Assembly: GCF_014773545.1 (NCBI RefSeq)
Contig: NZ_SDDV01000009.1
Coordinates: 16,836 to 80,835, forward strand
Reading direction: 5' to 3'
DNA from: Hydrogenophaga sp.
Lineage (GTDB): Bacteria > Pseudomonadota > Gammaproteobacteria > Burkholderiales > Burkholderiaceae_C
DNA: 64,000 nt
The position numbers and the translations under genes were made by a program. Positions 9,407 through 19,373 of the stretch are shown piece by piece. The notes below the pieces were generated by a model that did not search any database, was not told where the DNA came from, and saw only the letters and a program-made list of their open reading frames with translations. How positions within the stretch are numbered: position 1 is the stretch's first letter; each line of letters opens with the position of its first letter.

Positions 9407-10945
9407 TCAGGACGCGGACTTCCTTGCGCGGGCAAGCATTCTGCTGCCCAGGGCAGCGGCGACCCGTTCCAGCGCGCACACCAGATCGCCCGGTGGCAGC
9501 GCGGGTGCGCGCCAGCGCAGGCGCCGCGCCAGCAGCAGCAGCAAAACCGCCAGCCCGATTGGCCCCAACGCCAGCGCCAGCGTGCCCAGCTCCAGGTGAT
9601 GCGCCGCGCTGAGGACGGGCGCCACCCCCCACGGAGCCGCCCAACCAGCCAGCAGCAGCAACCCCCACGGGAGCGCCAGACCGGGTGGGGCCGCTGCGGC
9701 TGGCCGGGCCGCGACCAGCCACAACAGGCGCAGCATCAACACCCCGGTGCCGACGGCGGCCAGCGCCAGCAGCAGTGGCCACCAGGCCGCCATACCGCCC
9801 TCCCAGGGCAGCAGCGCGTCTTTGAGTTGCGCCTTGGCCAGCAAGCCGCTGGTCAGCGGTGCACCAGCCAGCGCCAGCGCCGGCAGCGCCAGCCCAGCCA
9901 GCACCCAGGCACGCGCGCCATGTGCCTGCGCCACGCCCAGGCCAAGAAACAAGGCGCTCTTGGCCAACGCATGGTGCAGGGCGTAAAAACAAAGCGCCGG
10001 CAACAACAGCGGCCACAAGGTCGGCGTATGCAGCCCGGCGCCCACCGCCAGCGCCATGAAGCCCATCTGGCTGATGCTGGAGTAAGCCAGCAGCACCTTG
10101 GGCTCGCGCTGCATCAAGCCGGCGGCGACGCCGAAAAACAGCGCCAGCACACCAGCCGATAGCAAGGCCGTGCCGATTTCGGGCAAGGCCACGTTGCCCA
10201 GCGGCAAAAAGCGCAGCCAACCCAGCAAGCCGGCCTTGAGGATGACGCCCGAGAGCAGCGCCGAGGCCGGCAGCGGCGCCACCGGATGCGCCAGCGGCAG
10301 CCACATGTGCAGCAGCGGCAGACCGACCTTGACCCCAAAGCCAAGCAACAACAGCACTACCGCCGTGGGCGCAGCAACCTGAGTCAGATCGGCCAGCAGC
10401 AAGGAATCGGCGGCGTATGCAGTCAGCCACATGCCGGCCACCAGCGCGCCTTCGGCCAGCAGTGCCATGACGATGTACACCCGCCCGGCGCGCCGGGCCT
10501 CGGCGCTGCCGCTGTGTACCACCAGCCCGTAGGCGGCAAACGTCATGAGCGCGAACAACAGGTAAAAACTGGCCAGGTCGGCAGCCAGGCAAAGCCCCAG
10601 GTTGGCGCCCTGGGTGGCCAGGAAAAAAAACCAGAAGCGATGCCGGCGCGCGTCAGCGCGCAGATAAGCCCGGGCATAGCAGCCCGCCAGCAGCCAGACC
10701 AGCGCGGAAAACCCCAGGAACAGCCGTCCGGTGGCGTCGAGTTGCAAGCGCGCACCCAGCAGCAGCCAGGGCAAATCCAGCGTCAGACCCACAGGGGCGC
10801 CCAGGACCAACAGCAGCGCCGGCAGCGGCGCCAGCAAAGCCAGCCGCTCGATCAGCGGACGACCCGCGCGCCAGCCCAGCAGTGGCAGCAGCAGCAGCGG
10901 CGCCAGCAGCGCCAGCGGCAGCAACCAGGGCGCCAGTGCATTCAT
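9407..10945 (-). CDS. Proton-conducting membrane transporter, MrpD/NuoL-like subunit (D3)
   Basis: Highly hydrophobic; KVGLPLLHMWLPLAHPVAP, ILKAG, LAYSSISQMG, HHALAKSALF; start MNALAPW overlaps the upstream stop (ATGA). Confidence 0.85.
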   Translation of the reverse strand: MNALAPWLLPLALLAPLLLLPLLGWRAGRPLIERLALLAPLPALLLVLGAPVGLTLDLPWLLLGARLQLDATGRLFLGFSALVWLLAGCYARAYLRADARRHRFWFFFLATQGANLGLCLAADLASFYLLFALMTFAAYGLVVHSGSAEARRAGRVYIVMALLAEGALVAGMWLTAYAADSLLLADLTQVAAPTAVVLLLLGFGVKVGLPLLHMWLPLAHPVAPLPASALLSGVILKAGLLGWLRFLPLGNVALPEIGTALLSAGVLALFFGVAAGLMQREPKVLLAYSSISQMGFMALAVGAGLHTPTLWPLLLPALCFYALHHALAKSALFLGLGVAQAHGARAWVLAGLALPALALAGAPLTSGLLAKAQLKDALLPWEGGMAAWWPLLLALAAVGTGVLMLRLLWLVAARPAAAAPPGLALPWGLLLLAGWAAPWGVAPVLSAAHHLELGTLALALGPIGLAVLLLLLARRLRWRAPALPPGDLVCALERVAAALGSRMLARARKSAS

Positions 10946-12444
10946 GGCAAATAAGCGCGCGCGGCGATCGAACGCGCCCACTCGAGCGGGCTGACGCTGC
11001 TGCCCGCCAGCAGCCCGAGCGCCAACACGGCGGCGGCGGTAAACAGCGGTGGCAGCAGCAACAAGCCGGAAGTCTCCCAGGCGCCGCGCCGCGCCAGGTT
11101 CTCGTGCCGCCAGGGCCCGGCCGGCGGGTTGAACCAGATGCGCTGCAAAATGGGCAAAAAGTAAGCAGCGTTGAGCAAGCTGGAGAGCACCAACACCGCC
11201 AGCACCCAGGGCATGCCGGCTGCCAGTGCGCCCTGGCCCAGGTACCACTTGCTGATGAAGCCGGCCGTCGGCGCGACGGCGATCATGCCGAAGGCCGCCA
11301 CGCTGAAGGCCGCGCTGGTCCAGGGCATGCGGCGGCCAACGCCGTCGAGTTCGCTGACCCGATGCAGTCCGAGCGTCTCGGCGTAGTTGCCCGCGCAAAA
11401 AAAGAGCGTGATTTTCATGACGCCCTGATGCACCAGGTGCACCAGGGCGCCGATGGTGCCCAGCGGGCCCAGCAGCGCGGTGCCGAGCGCGATGTACGAC
11501 ACCTGGCTAACGGTCGAATAAGCCAGGCGCTTTTTCAGATCGTCTTGCTGCAGCGCGCGCAGCGAGCCCCAGACGATGGTGGCGCAGGCCAGCAAAACCA
11601 GCGGCAGCAGCAGGCCAAGCGCATGCGCGAACTCGACGCCGTAGACCTCATAGACGATGCGCACGATGCCGAAGGCGCCGGCCTTGACCACCGCCACCGC
11701 GTGCAGCAGCGCCGACACCGGCGCCGGCGCCACCATGGCTTGCGGCAACCAGCCGTGCAGCGGCACCAGCGCCGCCTTCACGCCGACCCCGGCAATCAAC
11801 AGCACGAAAATGATTTGCAATTCAAGCGTGTGCTGCGGCGCCAGTGGCGCCAGCACGCCACCGGCGCTGAACTCGGGCTGGCCGACCAGGCTGTGCAGCC
11901 AGACGATGCCGCCCAGCAACAGCGCGCCGCCGGCCAGCGTGTAGGCCAGGTAAATGCTGCCACCGCGCAGCGCTGCCGGACTGCCGCGGTGCAACACCAG
12001 CGGCAGCGTAGCGAGCGTCAGCAGCTCGTAGAAAATGAAAAAGGTGAACAAATTGCCGGCCATGGCAATACCGACCGTGGCGGTCACGCACAGGCTGAAA
12101 AACCCAAAAAAACGGCTGCGCTGCGGCGAGGTTTCCAAGTAACCGATGGCGTACAGCGTGGTGCACAGCCACAGCAGCGCCGACAGGGTGACGAACAGCA
12201 GCGCCAGCGGGTCGGCATTGAACACCAGTTCGATGCCGGGCAGCATCGCAAAGCTGAATTCGTAGCTCTGCCCGGCCTGCACGCCGCGCAGCAGCACGCC
12301 CACCAGCACCAGCTTGGCCAGGGCGCCGAACAGGTTGAGCGCGCTGCGCAGTTTGACGCTGTGTTCGGGCAATAGAAAAATCAGCAGCCCCGGCAGCAGC
12401 GAAGAAGCCAGCAAGGCCAGCGGCAGCGCTTCGTTCAGGCTCAT
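10942..12444 (-). CDS. Monovalent cation/H+ antiporter subunit D family (D2; MrpA-like His in TM8)
   Basis: FYELLTL, KAALVPLHGWLPQAM, ALLHAVAVVKAG, LAYSTVSQVSY, GFISKW; start MSLNEAL. Confidence 0.88.
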   Translation of the reverse strand: MSLNEALPLALLASSLLPGLLIFLLPEHSVKLRSALNLFGALAKLVLVGVLLRGVQAGQSYEFSFAMLPGIELVFNADPLALLFVTLSALLWLCTTLYAIGYLETSPQRSRFFGFFSLCVTATVGIAMAGNLFTFFIFYELLTLATLPLVLHRGSPAALRGGSIYLAYTLAGGALLLGGIVWLHSLVGQPEFSAGGVLAPLAPQHTLELQIIFVLLIAGVGVKAALVPLHGWLPQAMVAPAPVSALLHAVAVVKAGAFGIVRIVYEVYGVEFAHALGLLLPLVLLACATIVWGSLRALQQDDLKKRLAYSTVSQVSYIALGTALLGPLGTIGALVHLVHQGVMKITLFFCAGNYAETLGLHRVSELDGVGRRMPWTSAAFSVAAFGMIAVAPTAGFISKWYLGQGALAAGMPWVLAVLVLSSLLNAAYFLPILQRIWFNPPAGPWRHENLARRGAWETSGLLLLPPLFTAAAVLALGLLAGSSVSPLEWARSIAARAYLP

Positions 12445-13895
12445 GCCAGCCCCAGCGACAGCAGGCGCCCCAGCGCAACGCCAAAAAAACCCAGCAGCAC
12501 GCTGGCGGCGGCCAGCCCGAAGGCGACCCATTCCAGGCTGCGCGGCACGGCGTGGCGCCGAATCGGTTGCGGCGCCAGTTGAAAAGCCGGACGCAGCACC
12601 CGATACACATAAGCCGCCGTCAGCAAGCTCGCGCCAAGCAGCAGCGGCACCCAGCCCCACTGGCCCTGGGTCAGCGCGGCGTCGATCAGCAGCCACTTGG
12701 CGAGAAAGCCGCCCGAAGGGGGCAGGCCGCACAGCGTCAGGCCCGCCAGTGCAAAGGCAAACAGCGTCAGCGGCTGCGTCTGCGCCGTGCCACGCAAACC
12801 CGCCACCAGGGGCTGTCCGGTCGCCAGCAGCAGCACGCCGGCGGCGGCGAACATGGCGGCCTTGGCCAAACCGTGCGCCAGCGCTTGCAACACGCCGGCC
12901 TGCACGGCCACGCCGTCGGCGGCCAGCAAGGGGAAGATCAAAAACAAATAGCCCAGTTGCGCCACAGTGGAATACGCCACCAGCAGCTTGAGTTCAGGCG
13001 CGCGCAGCGCCTGCCAGCCACCCCAGAGCACGGCAGCCGCGCCCAACAGCCCGAGCGCCAGCGCGGCCACCTCGGCCAGCGGCGCGAACACGCCCAGCGC
13101 GAGCCGCAGCACGAGGTAAAAACCGGCTTTAACCACCAGCGCCGACAGCAGCGCCGACACCGGTGCGGCGGCGCTGGCGTGCGCTGCGGGGAGCCAGAAA
13201 TGAAACGGCAACAGCGCGGTCTTGGCCAGCAGTGCCAGCAACATCAACGCCGCCGCCGCCCACGCCGCCAGCGGCACGTGCGCGCGCAGCAAGGGCGTCA
13301 GGGAGGCGATGTCTACGCTGCCGTAGACGCCGTAGAGCAAGGCCACGCCGAGCAAATAACAGCCCGAGGCGGCCAGACTGACCAGCAGGTAACGCAGCGC
13401 CGCTTGCAGCCGCGCTGCGCCGCCGCCGGCGGCCACCAGCGCCACGGCCGCCAGGCTCAAGAGTTCGAGCGTGACGTAGATATTGAACAAATCGGCCGAC
13501 AGCAGCAGGCTGTTCATGCCGGCGAGCAAAAAACCGCTCAGCGGCCAGAACCAGGCCGCTGCCGCGCCCTGCCCCGGCAGACGGAAATAGGCGCGCGCGT
13601 ACAGCGCCAGCGGCCAGGCGACGGCCTGCGTCAGCAGCAGCATGAGCACGCTCAGGCCGTCGGCCAGCAGGTCTATGCCCAGCGGCGCGCCCCAGCCGCC
13701 GACGGCGTGCGTGCGCGGCCCCTCAGTCAGCAGTTGTGCGGCCAGCAGCAGCGCCAGCGCCAGTTGCACGCCCAGGCAGGCGATCGCCAGCCGCGCGCCA
13801 CGCCCCGGGCCGAGCACGAAGGCCAGCGTGGCCCAGGCCAGCGGCAGCACGATCAGCCAGGGCAGCGGATCGAGCAAGGAATCAAGTGCAGTCAT
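12441..13895 (-). CDS. mrpD: Monovalent cation/H+ antiporter subunit D (D1)
   Basis: DLFNIYVTLELLS, KTALLPFHFWLP, VVKAG, AYSTVAQLGY, GLPPSGGFLAKW; follows mrpC. Confidence 0.88.
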   Translation of the reverse strand: MTALDSLLDPLPWLIVLPLAWATLAFVLGPGRGARLAIACLGVQLALALLLAAQLLTEGPRTHAVGGWGAPLGIDLLADGLSVLMLLLTQAVAWPLALYARAYFRLPGQGAAAAWFWPLSGFLLAGMNSLLLSADLFNIYVTLELLSLAAVALVAAGGGAARLQAALRYLLVSLAASGCYLLGVALLYGVYGSVDIASLTPLLRAHVPLAAWAAAALMLLALLAKTALLPFHFWLPAAHASAAAPVSALLSALVVKAGFYLVLRLALGVFAPLAEVAALALGLLGAAAVLWGGWQALRAPELKLLVAYSTVAQLGYLFLIFPLLAADGVAVQAGVLQALAHGLAKAAMFAAAGVLLLATGQPLVAGLRGTAQTQPLTLFAFALAGLTLCGLPPSGGFLAKWLLIDAALTQGQWGWVPLLLGASLLTAAYVYRVLRPAFQLAPQPIRRHAVPRSLEWVAFGLAAASVLLGFFGVALGRLLSLGLA

Positions 13896-14196
13896 GCTGC
13901 TGCTCGGGCGCGCGTTCGGCCGGCGCCGCCGCAGCCTCCTGCAGACGGCGCAGCAGCGCCAGCGCCAGCGCGGTGGCCGCCACCGTCACCACGATGCCGG
14001 TCAACACCATGGCCTGCGGCAGCGGGTCGGCCCCGCCAGCGCGTTGCGCCAGCCCGACAAACACCAAAAAAGCTCCGCTGCCCATGATGTTGAAGGCCAG
14101 AATTTTGCGCAGCGGCTGCGCCAGCAGCAGCATGGCGCCCAGGCCGAGCACGAACAGCGCGACCCCGGCCAGGGCGTAGAGCAACCCCGTGCTCAT
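13882..14196 (-). CDS. mrpC: Monovalent cation/H+ antiporter subunit C
   Basis: 104 aa, three TM segments, LRKILAFNIMGSG...ADPLPQAMVLTGIVV. Confidence 0.9.
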   Translation of the reverse strand: MSTGLLYALAGVALFVLGLGAMLLLAQPLRKILAFNIMGSGAFLVFVGLAQRAGGADPLPQAMVLTGIVVTVAATALALALLRRLQEAAAAPAERAPEQQHDCT

Positions 14197-15101
14197 GGCA
14201 GGCCGCGCTGCTGCGCCAGCAGCAGGTACAAGCCGGCCAGCAGCAAGCCGAGCGAGAGCGTCAGACCGGCCTCGATCAGCAGGATCAGCGCACCGGCCCA
14301 GGCCGGCGGGTAAAGCAACAGCGCGCCTTGGCTCAGCAAGAGCGCGGCCAGCAGCAAAAACAACCCAAAACCCGCCGCCAGACCCAGGCGCAGCAGGCGG
14401 CTGGGCTCACCCCAGGCTGGCAGCAGCCCGGCCAGATGCAGCAGCACAGCGGCCGCACCCAGCACGGCAGCGGCCTGAAAAGCGCCGCCGGGCTGGTGTG
14501 CGCCGGCCCACAGCATGTAGCCGGCCACCAGAATCATGAGCGGGGTCAGCAGCCGCGCCAGCGTTTGCAGCAGGGGATCGGCGCTGGCCGGTGCGGGCAG
14601 CGCCTGCGGGTGCCGGCCCAGCGCCAGCAGGCCGAGCAAGGCCACCAGCAACACCGCCACTTCGAGCAAGGTGTCGTAAGCCCGAAAGTTCAGCAGCACC
14701 GCCGTCACCGGGTGCGTCACGCCGCTGCTGGCCATCTGCGCCTCCAGCAGCGGGGCCACGCGCTGGCTGGCCAGCGGCGCCTGCAACACCGCCAGCAGCA
14801 GCCCGGCGCCCAGCGCTGCAAGGCCAGTCAGCAGCAGCCAGCGCACGGCACGCCGCTGCGGCAACGGGGTGGTCGCTGGCACGCCCAAGGCGTCGAGCAG
14901 CAGGGCGCCGGTCAGGCCGGCGCCGATGGCAGCCTCGGCCAGCGCCAGGTCGGGCGCGTCCAGCCGCACCCAGGCCAGCGTCATCAGCAGGCCAAAGACG
15001 ATGAACAGCACCACCGCGCGCACCAGCTCGGGCGCTGCCAGCGCGCGCCAGGCGCTCCACAGCAGCGCGGCGACCAGCAGGGTATCGAACGCCAGGCTCA
15101 T
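14193..15101 (-). CDS. mrpB: Fused MrpA C-terminal (DUF4040-like) and MrpB domain protein
   Basis: LDAPDLALAEAAIGAG, VTAVLLNFRAYDTLLE, HQPGGAFQAA motifs. Confidence 0.85.
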   Translation of the reverse strand: MSLAFDTLLVAALLWSAWRALAAPELVRAVVLFIVFGLLMTLAWVRLDAPDLALAEAAIGAGLTGALLLDALGVPATTPLPQRRAVRWLLLTGLAALGAGLLLAVLQAPLASQRVAPLLEAQMASSGVTHPVTAVLLNFRAYDTLLEVAVLLVALLGLLALGRHPQALPAPASADPLLQTLARLLTPLMILVAGYMLWAGAHQPGGAFQAAAVLGAAAVLLHLAGLLPAWGEPSRLLRLGLAAGFGLFLLLAALLLSQGALLLYPPAWAGALILLIEAGLTLSLGLLLAGLYLLLAQQRGLP

Positions 15102-15105
15102 GGCC

Positions 15106-17496
15106 TCAGCCGCCGGCGATGGCGGCGGGCCAACGCCAATCCCGAATCTGCGGCAAATCTTCTCCGTGGCGTTCGATGTACTCGCGGTGCTCGATCAGTT
15201 TGTCGCGCATCAATTGCCGGATGCGCGCGGCCTTGTAGCCCAGCGTGGGCACGCGGTCTATCACGTCGCACACCAGGTGGTAGCGGTCCAGGTCGTTGCG
15301 CACCGCCATGTCGAACGGCGTCGTGGTGCCGCCCTCCTCCTTGTAGCCGCGCACGTGCAGGTTGCCGTGGTTGCGCCGCCGGTAGCTCAGGCGGTGGATC
15401 AGCCAGGGGTAGCCGTGGTAGGCGAAGATGATGGGCTGTTTAGTGGTGAACAAGGTGTCGAAGTCGCGCTCCGACAGGCCGTGCGGGTGTTCTTCGCGCG
15501 GCTGCAAGCTCATCAGATCGACCACGTTGACGACGCGCACCTTGAGCGCGGGCAGGTGCTGGCGCAGCAGATCGACGGCGGCCAGCGTCTCCAGCGTCGG
15601 CACGTCGCCAGCGCAGGCCAGCACCACGTCGGGCTCGCCATCCACGTCGTTGCTGGCCCATTCGAAAATGCCGATGCCGACCGCGCAGTGCTTGATCGCG
15701 GCATCCATATCCAGCCACTGCGGCGCCGCTTGCTTGCCGGCCACGATGACGTTGACCAGGTTGCGCGAGCGCAGGCAGCGGTCGGTCACGCACAGCAGCG
15801 TGTTCGCGTCCGGCGGCAGATAGACCCGGATGACGTCGGCTTTCTTGTTCACCACGTGGTCGATGAAGCCGGGGTCCTGGTGCGAGAAGCCGTTGTGATC
15901 TTGGCGCCAGACGTGCGATGTCAGCAGATAGTTGAGCGAGGCGATCGGGCGGCGCCAGGGGACCTCTCTGCACACCTTGAGCCATTTGGCGTGCTGGTTG
16001 AACATCGAACTGACCAGGTGGATGAAGGCCTCGTAGCAAGAAAAAAAACCGTGCCGCCCGGTCAGCAAATAGCCTTCCAGCCAGCCCTGGCAGGTGTGCT
16101 CGGAGAGGATTTCCATCACGCGGCCATCGGCCGACAAGCCCTCGTCGTCGGGTTGGTACTCACCCAGCCAGGTGCGCCCCGTCACCTCGAACAAAGCATC
16201 CAGCCGGTTGGAGGCGGTTTCGTCCGGGCCGACGACGCGAAAATTACGCGCCGCCAGGTTGCACCGCATCACCTCGCGCAAATAGCCACCCAGCACGCGC
16301 GTGGCCTGTGCATCGCACGCGCCGGGCTGCGGTACGGCCACGGCCGAGGCGCGAAAATCCGGCAGCCGCAGCGCGCGCAGCAGCAGGCCGCCGTTGGCGT
16401 GCGGGTTGCTTCCCATGCGGCGCGTCCCTTGGGGCGCCAGGGCGGCTATTTCAGCCCGCGGCGCGCCCTGTGCATCAAACAATTCCTGCGGCCGGTAGCT
16501 CAGCAGCCAGTCTTGCAACTGCTGCAACTGGACCGGATCGTGCGCGGTGTTGGCCAGCGGCACCTGGTGCGAACGCCAACTGCCCTCGCTCGGCTTGCCG
16601 TCGACGTGCTTGGGGCCGGTCCAGCCCTTGGGGCTGCGCAGCACGATCATCGGCCAGCGCGGCCGCTGCAGCGGCGTGCTGCGGGCGCCAGCGCGTGCGG
16701 CGCGCTGAATGGCACGAATCTCGGCCAGCACCGCGTCGAGCGTGGCCGCCATCTGCGCGTGCATCGCCGCCGGCTCTGAACCTTCGACGAAATACGGCTG
16801 GTAGCCATAACCCTGCAACAGCGCCAGCAGCTCGGCGTGCGGGATGCGCGCCAGCAACGCCGGGTTGGCGATTTTGTAGCCGTTGAGGTGCAGGATAGGC
16901 AACACCGCGCCGTCGCTGGCGGGGTTGAGGAATTTATTCGAGTGCCAGGCAGCAGCCAGCGGCCCGGTCTCGGCCTCGCCGTCGCCAATGACGCAAGCAA
17001 CGATCAACTCCGGGTTGTCGAACGCCGCACCGAAGGCATGCGAGAGCGCATAACCGAGTTCACCGCCCTCGTGGATCGAGCCCGGCGTTTCGGCGCCGAC
17101 GTGGCTGCCCACTCCGCCGGGAAAAGAGAACTGCCGCAGCAACTCGCGCATGCCCTCGGCGTCGCGCCTCAGGTGGGGATAGATCTCGCCGCAACTGCCT
17201 TCGAGCCAGGTGTTGGCAAACAGCGCCGGGCCACCGTGGCCGGGGCCGGCAATGTAGAGCACGTCAAGGTCGAACCTGTTGATGACGCGGTTGAGGTGCG
17301 CGTAGATGAAGTTCAGCCCCGGCGTTGTACCCCAGTGGCCAAGCAGCCGCGGCTTGACGTGTGCGGCACTCAGTGGCTCGCGCAGCAGCGGGTTCTCGAG
17401 CAGGTAAATCTGTCCGACCGAGATGTAGTTGGCCGCGCGCCACCAGGCGTCTAGCCAATAGAGCTCGGTGCCGGACTCAGTGGCTGTAAGGGTCAT
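15106..17496 (-). CDS. xfp: Phosphoketolase (XFP family)
   Basis: [23 protein letters not shown], ThDP motif GDGEAETGP...[19 protein letters not shown]; 796 aa. Confidence 0.96.
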   Translation of the reverse strand: MTLTATESGTELYWLDAWWRAANYISVGQIYLLENPLLREPLSAAHVKPRLLGHWGTTPGLNFIYAHLNRVINRFDLDVLYIAGPGHGGPALFANTWLEGSCGEIYPHLRRDAEGMRELLRQFSFPGGVGSHVGAETPGSIHEGGELGYALSHAFGAAFDNPELIVACVIGDGEAETGPLAAAWHSNKFLNPASDGAVLPILHLNGYKIANPALLARIPHAELLALLQGYGYQPYFVEGSEPAAMHAQMAATLDAVLAEIRAIQRAARAGARSTPLQRPRWPMIVLRSPKGWTGPKHVDGKPSEGSWRSHQVPLANTAHDPVQLQQLQDWLLSYRPQELFDAQGAPRAEIAALAPQGTRRMGSNPHANGGLLLRALRLPDFRASAVAVPQPGACDAQATRVLGGYLREVMRCNLAARNFRVVGPDETASNRLDALFEVTGRTWLGEYQPDDEGLSADGRVMEILSEHTCQGWLEGYLLTGRHGFFSCYEAFIHLVSSMFNQHAKWLKVCREVPWRRPIASLNYLLTSHVWRQDHNGFSHQDPGFIDHVVNKKADVIRVYLPPDANTLLCVTDRCLRSRNLVNVIVAGKQAAPQWLDMDAAIKHCAVGIGIFEWASNDVDGEPDVVLACAGDVPTLETLAAVDLLRQHLPALKVRVVNVVDLMSLQPREEHPHGLSERDFDTLFTTKQPIIFAYHGYPWLIHRLSYRRRNHGNLHVRGYKEEGGTTTPFDMAVRNDLDRYHLVCDVIDRVPTLGYKAARIRQLMRDKLIEHREYIERHGEDLPQIRDWRWPAAIAGG

Positions 17497-17962
17497 GGGG
17501 TGCTCCGTTGCCTGCCGCTGGCTGGGCTGGGTCGGTCTCGTCGTCGCCGCATTCGTCCGGGTGCAGCAGCGGCGGCTGGCCCGAACGTGCGCGCATCCAG
17601 TTCACGCCCGAGAGCGCGCGCGGGCGTTTGATCAGCCAGCGCTCCAGGGCGTATTTGCCCGGGTAGTTGGCGATCATCAGCCCGGCCAGCAGCGTCACCA
17701 GCCCCTGACCAGGGGTAAAGAGCGTGATCAGCCCGACCAGCACCAGCAAGCCGCCGATCAGGTTTCGCAGCAGCGCCAGCGCCAGCGCCAGCACGGGGTG
17801 GCGCTGGGGCACGGCACGGCGTCGGCGCGCACAGAAATAATCGACCGGCAGGCGCGAGAGCACCAGCGGCAGCAGCGCCAGCGCCGCCACCAGTCCCAGC
17901 ACCGAGAACGCCAGCGCCCAGGCTGCGTGCAGCGCCAACCAGTCGAGCCAGGCCGCCGTCAT
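17477..17962 (-). CDS. Small membrane protein, PGPGW-like family
   Basis: MTAAWLDW start overlapping the mrpG stop (ATGA); [41 protein letters not shown]. Confidence 0.7.
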   Translation of the reverse strand: MTAAWLDWLALHAAWALAFSVLGLVAALALLPLVLSRLPVDYFCARRRRAVPQRHPVLALALALLRNLIGGLLVLVGLITLFTPGQGLVTLLAGLMIANYPGKYALERWLIKRPRALSGVNWMRARSGQPPLLHPDECGDDETDPAQPAAGNGAPHDPYSH

Positions 17963-18276
17963 GAGCGCGCAGACCCTTGCTGGGCGGGTTTGATGCCCAA
18001 CGCGTCGGCACGCCCGGCAATGGCGTAGCCCAGCATGGTGCTGGCCAGCAGCACCAGCGCCCAGATCAGCAACAGCTTGAGCACCAGACTCAGGTGCTCG
18101 GCCTGCAAGGCCAGCCCGAGCACGATGCAGCCCAGCCCCAGGTTGTCGGCCTTGGTCAGCGCGTGCAAGCGGGCGTAGACGTCCGGAAAGCGCAGCAGGC
18201 CGACGGTGCCGGCGAAATAAAAGCCTGCACCCAGCAGCAGCAAGGCGTGACTCAACCAGGTCAGCAGCTCGCTCAT
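17959..18276 (-). CDS. mrpG: Monovalent cation/H+ antiporter subunit G
   Basis: GTVGLLRFPDVYARLHALTKADNLG. Confidence 0.92.
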   Translation of the reverse strand: MSELLTWLSHALLLLGAGFYFAGTVGLLRFPDVYARLHALTKADNLGLGCIVLGLALQAEHLSLVLKLLLIWALVLLASTMLGYAIAGRADALGIKPAQQGSARS

Positions 18277-19373
18277 GGCTCGCTCCGCACACCGGGGTCA
18301 GCATGGGCGGCGGCCCATTCGCGCCACAGCGCCAGCAGCACGGCCAGAATCACCGGCCCGACGAACAGGCCGACCAGGCCGAAGGCGGCCAAGCCACCGA
18401 GCACGCCAAACAACACCAGCAGAAACGGGATGTTGGCCACGCCGCTGATGACCAGCGGGCGCACCAGGTTGTCGATCCAGCTCACCGCCAGCATGCCCCA
18501 CAGCAGCAGGCCGATGCCGGCGCCGATCTGGCCTTGCAGCAGCAGCCAGATGCCGATCGGACCCCAGATCAGCGGCGCACCAAACGGAATCAGCGCCACC
18601 AGCGCGGTGGTCGCACCCCAGAACGCCGGCGCCGTCACCCCGGCGGCCCAATAACCCAGACCGGCCATCACGCCTTGGGTGATGGCCGCCAGCAAAATGC
18701 CATAGACCACCGCCCGCGTGGTGTCTCCCACAGCGGCAAAATAGCTCTGCACGCGCTCGCCGAGCAGGCCGCGCAGGATGTTGCGCAACTGCTCGAGCAG
18801 GCGGTCGCCATCGCGAAAGAGAAAGAAGCAGGTCAGCAGCGAGACCACGAACAGCATCAGGTTGACGCCCAGGTCGCCAGCGACGCGCAGCGCCGAACCG
18901 GCCCATTGTTGGGCCAGCGTGCTGGCGTAACGGCCCCAGGCGGCCTGATCGGCGCCGATTTCGAGCACCAACTCCTGCAGCCAGGGGCCCAGCCAGGGCA
19001 GGCGCAAAACAGCCTCGGGCAGTTGCACGCCGCCTTCGAGCAGCGCGGCCAACTCGGTCAGCGCCAGCGTCAGCTCGCCGCGCAGCAGCAACACCATCCA
19101 CAGCAAGATGCCGCTGAGCAGCAGGGTCAGCAGCAGCGTCATGACGAATGCCGCCCAGGCCCGGTGGCCGCCCAGCCGCGCCTGCACCCGCAGCAGCAGC
19201 GGCCAGGTGACAAAGCTCAGGATCGCGGCCCAGGCCAGCGCGACCAGGAATGGCTGCATGACGACGAAGCCGACCAGCAACAGGCCGGCCAGCAAAGCGG
19301 CGATGACGGCACGGCGCAGCCACGGCGGGGTTGGCCCCTGGCCGCTGCGCAGGTCGGCTTCAGGCTCGGTCAT
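18273..19373 (-). CDS. AI-2E (UPF0118/PerM) family transporter
   Basis: LALIPFGAPLIWGP, IDNLVRPLVIS, VLFGVLGGLAAFGLVGLFVGPVILAV; start MTEPEAD. Confidence 0.9.
   Translation of the reverse strand: MTEPEADLRSGQGPTPPWLRRAVIAALLAGLLLVGFVVMQPFLVALAWAAILSFVTWPLLLRVQARLGGHRAWAAFVMTLLLTLLLSGILLWMVLLLRGELTLALTELAALLEGGVQLPEAVLRLPWLGPWLQELVLEIGADQAAWGRYASTLAQQWAGSALRVAGDLGVNLMLFVVSLLTCFFLFRDGDRLLEQLRNILRGLLGERVQSYFAAVGDTTRAVVYGILLAAITQGVMAGLGYWAAGVTAPAFWGATTALVALIPFGAPLIWGPIGIWLLLQGQIGAGIGLLLWGMLAVSWIDNLVRPLVISGVANIPFLLVLFGVLGGLAAFGLVGLFVGPVILAVLLALWREWAAAHADPGVRSEP

Noticed and set aside
16041-16048. Homopolymer tracts (A8 in xfp, A8 near 10623 in D3, G8 near 34964 in rne) as phase-variation sites
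   Set aside because: Short, in frame, and explained by Phe or Pro codon runs
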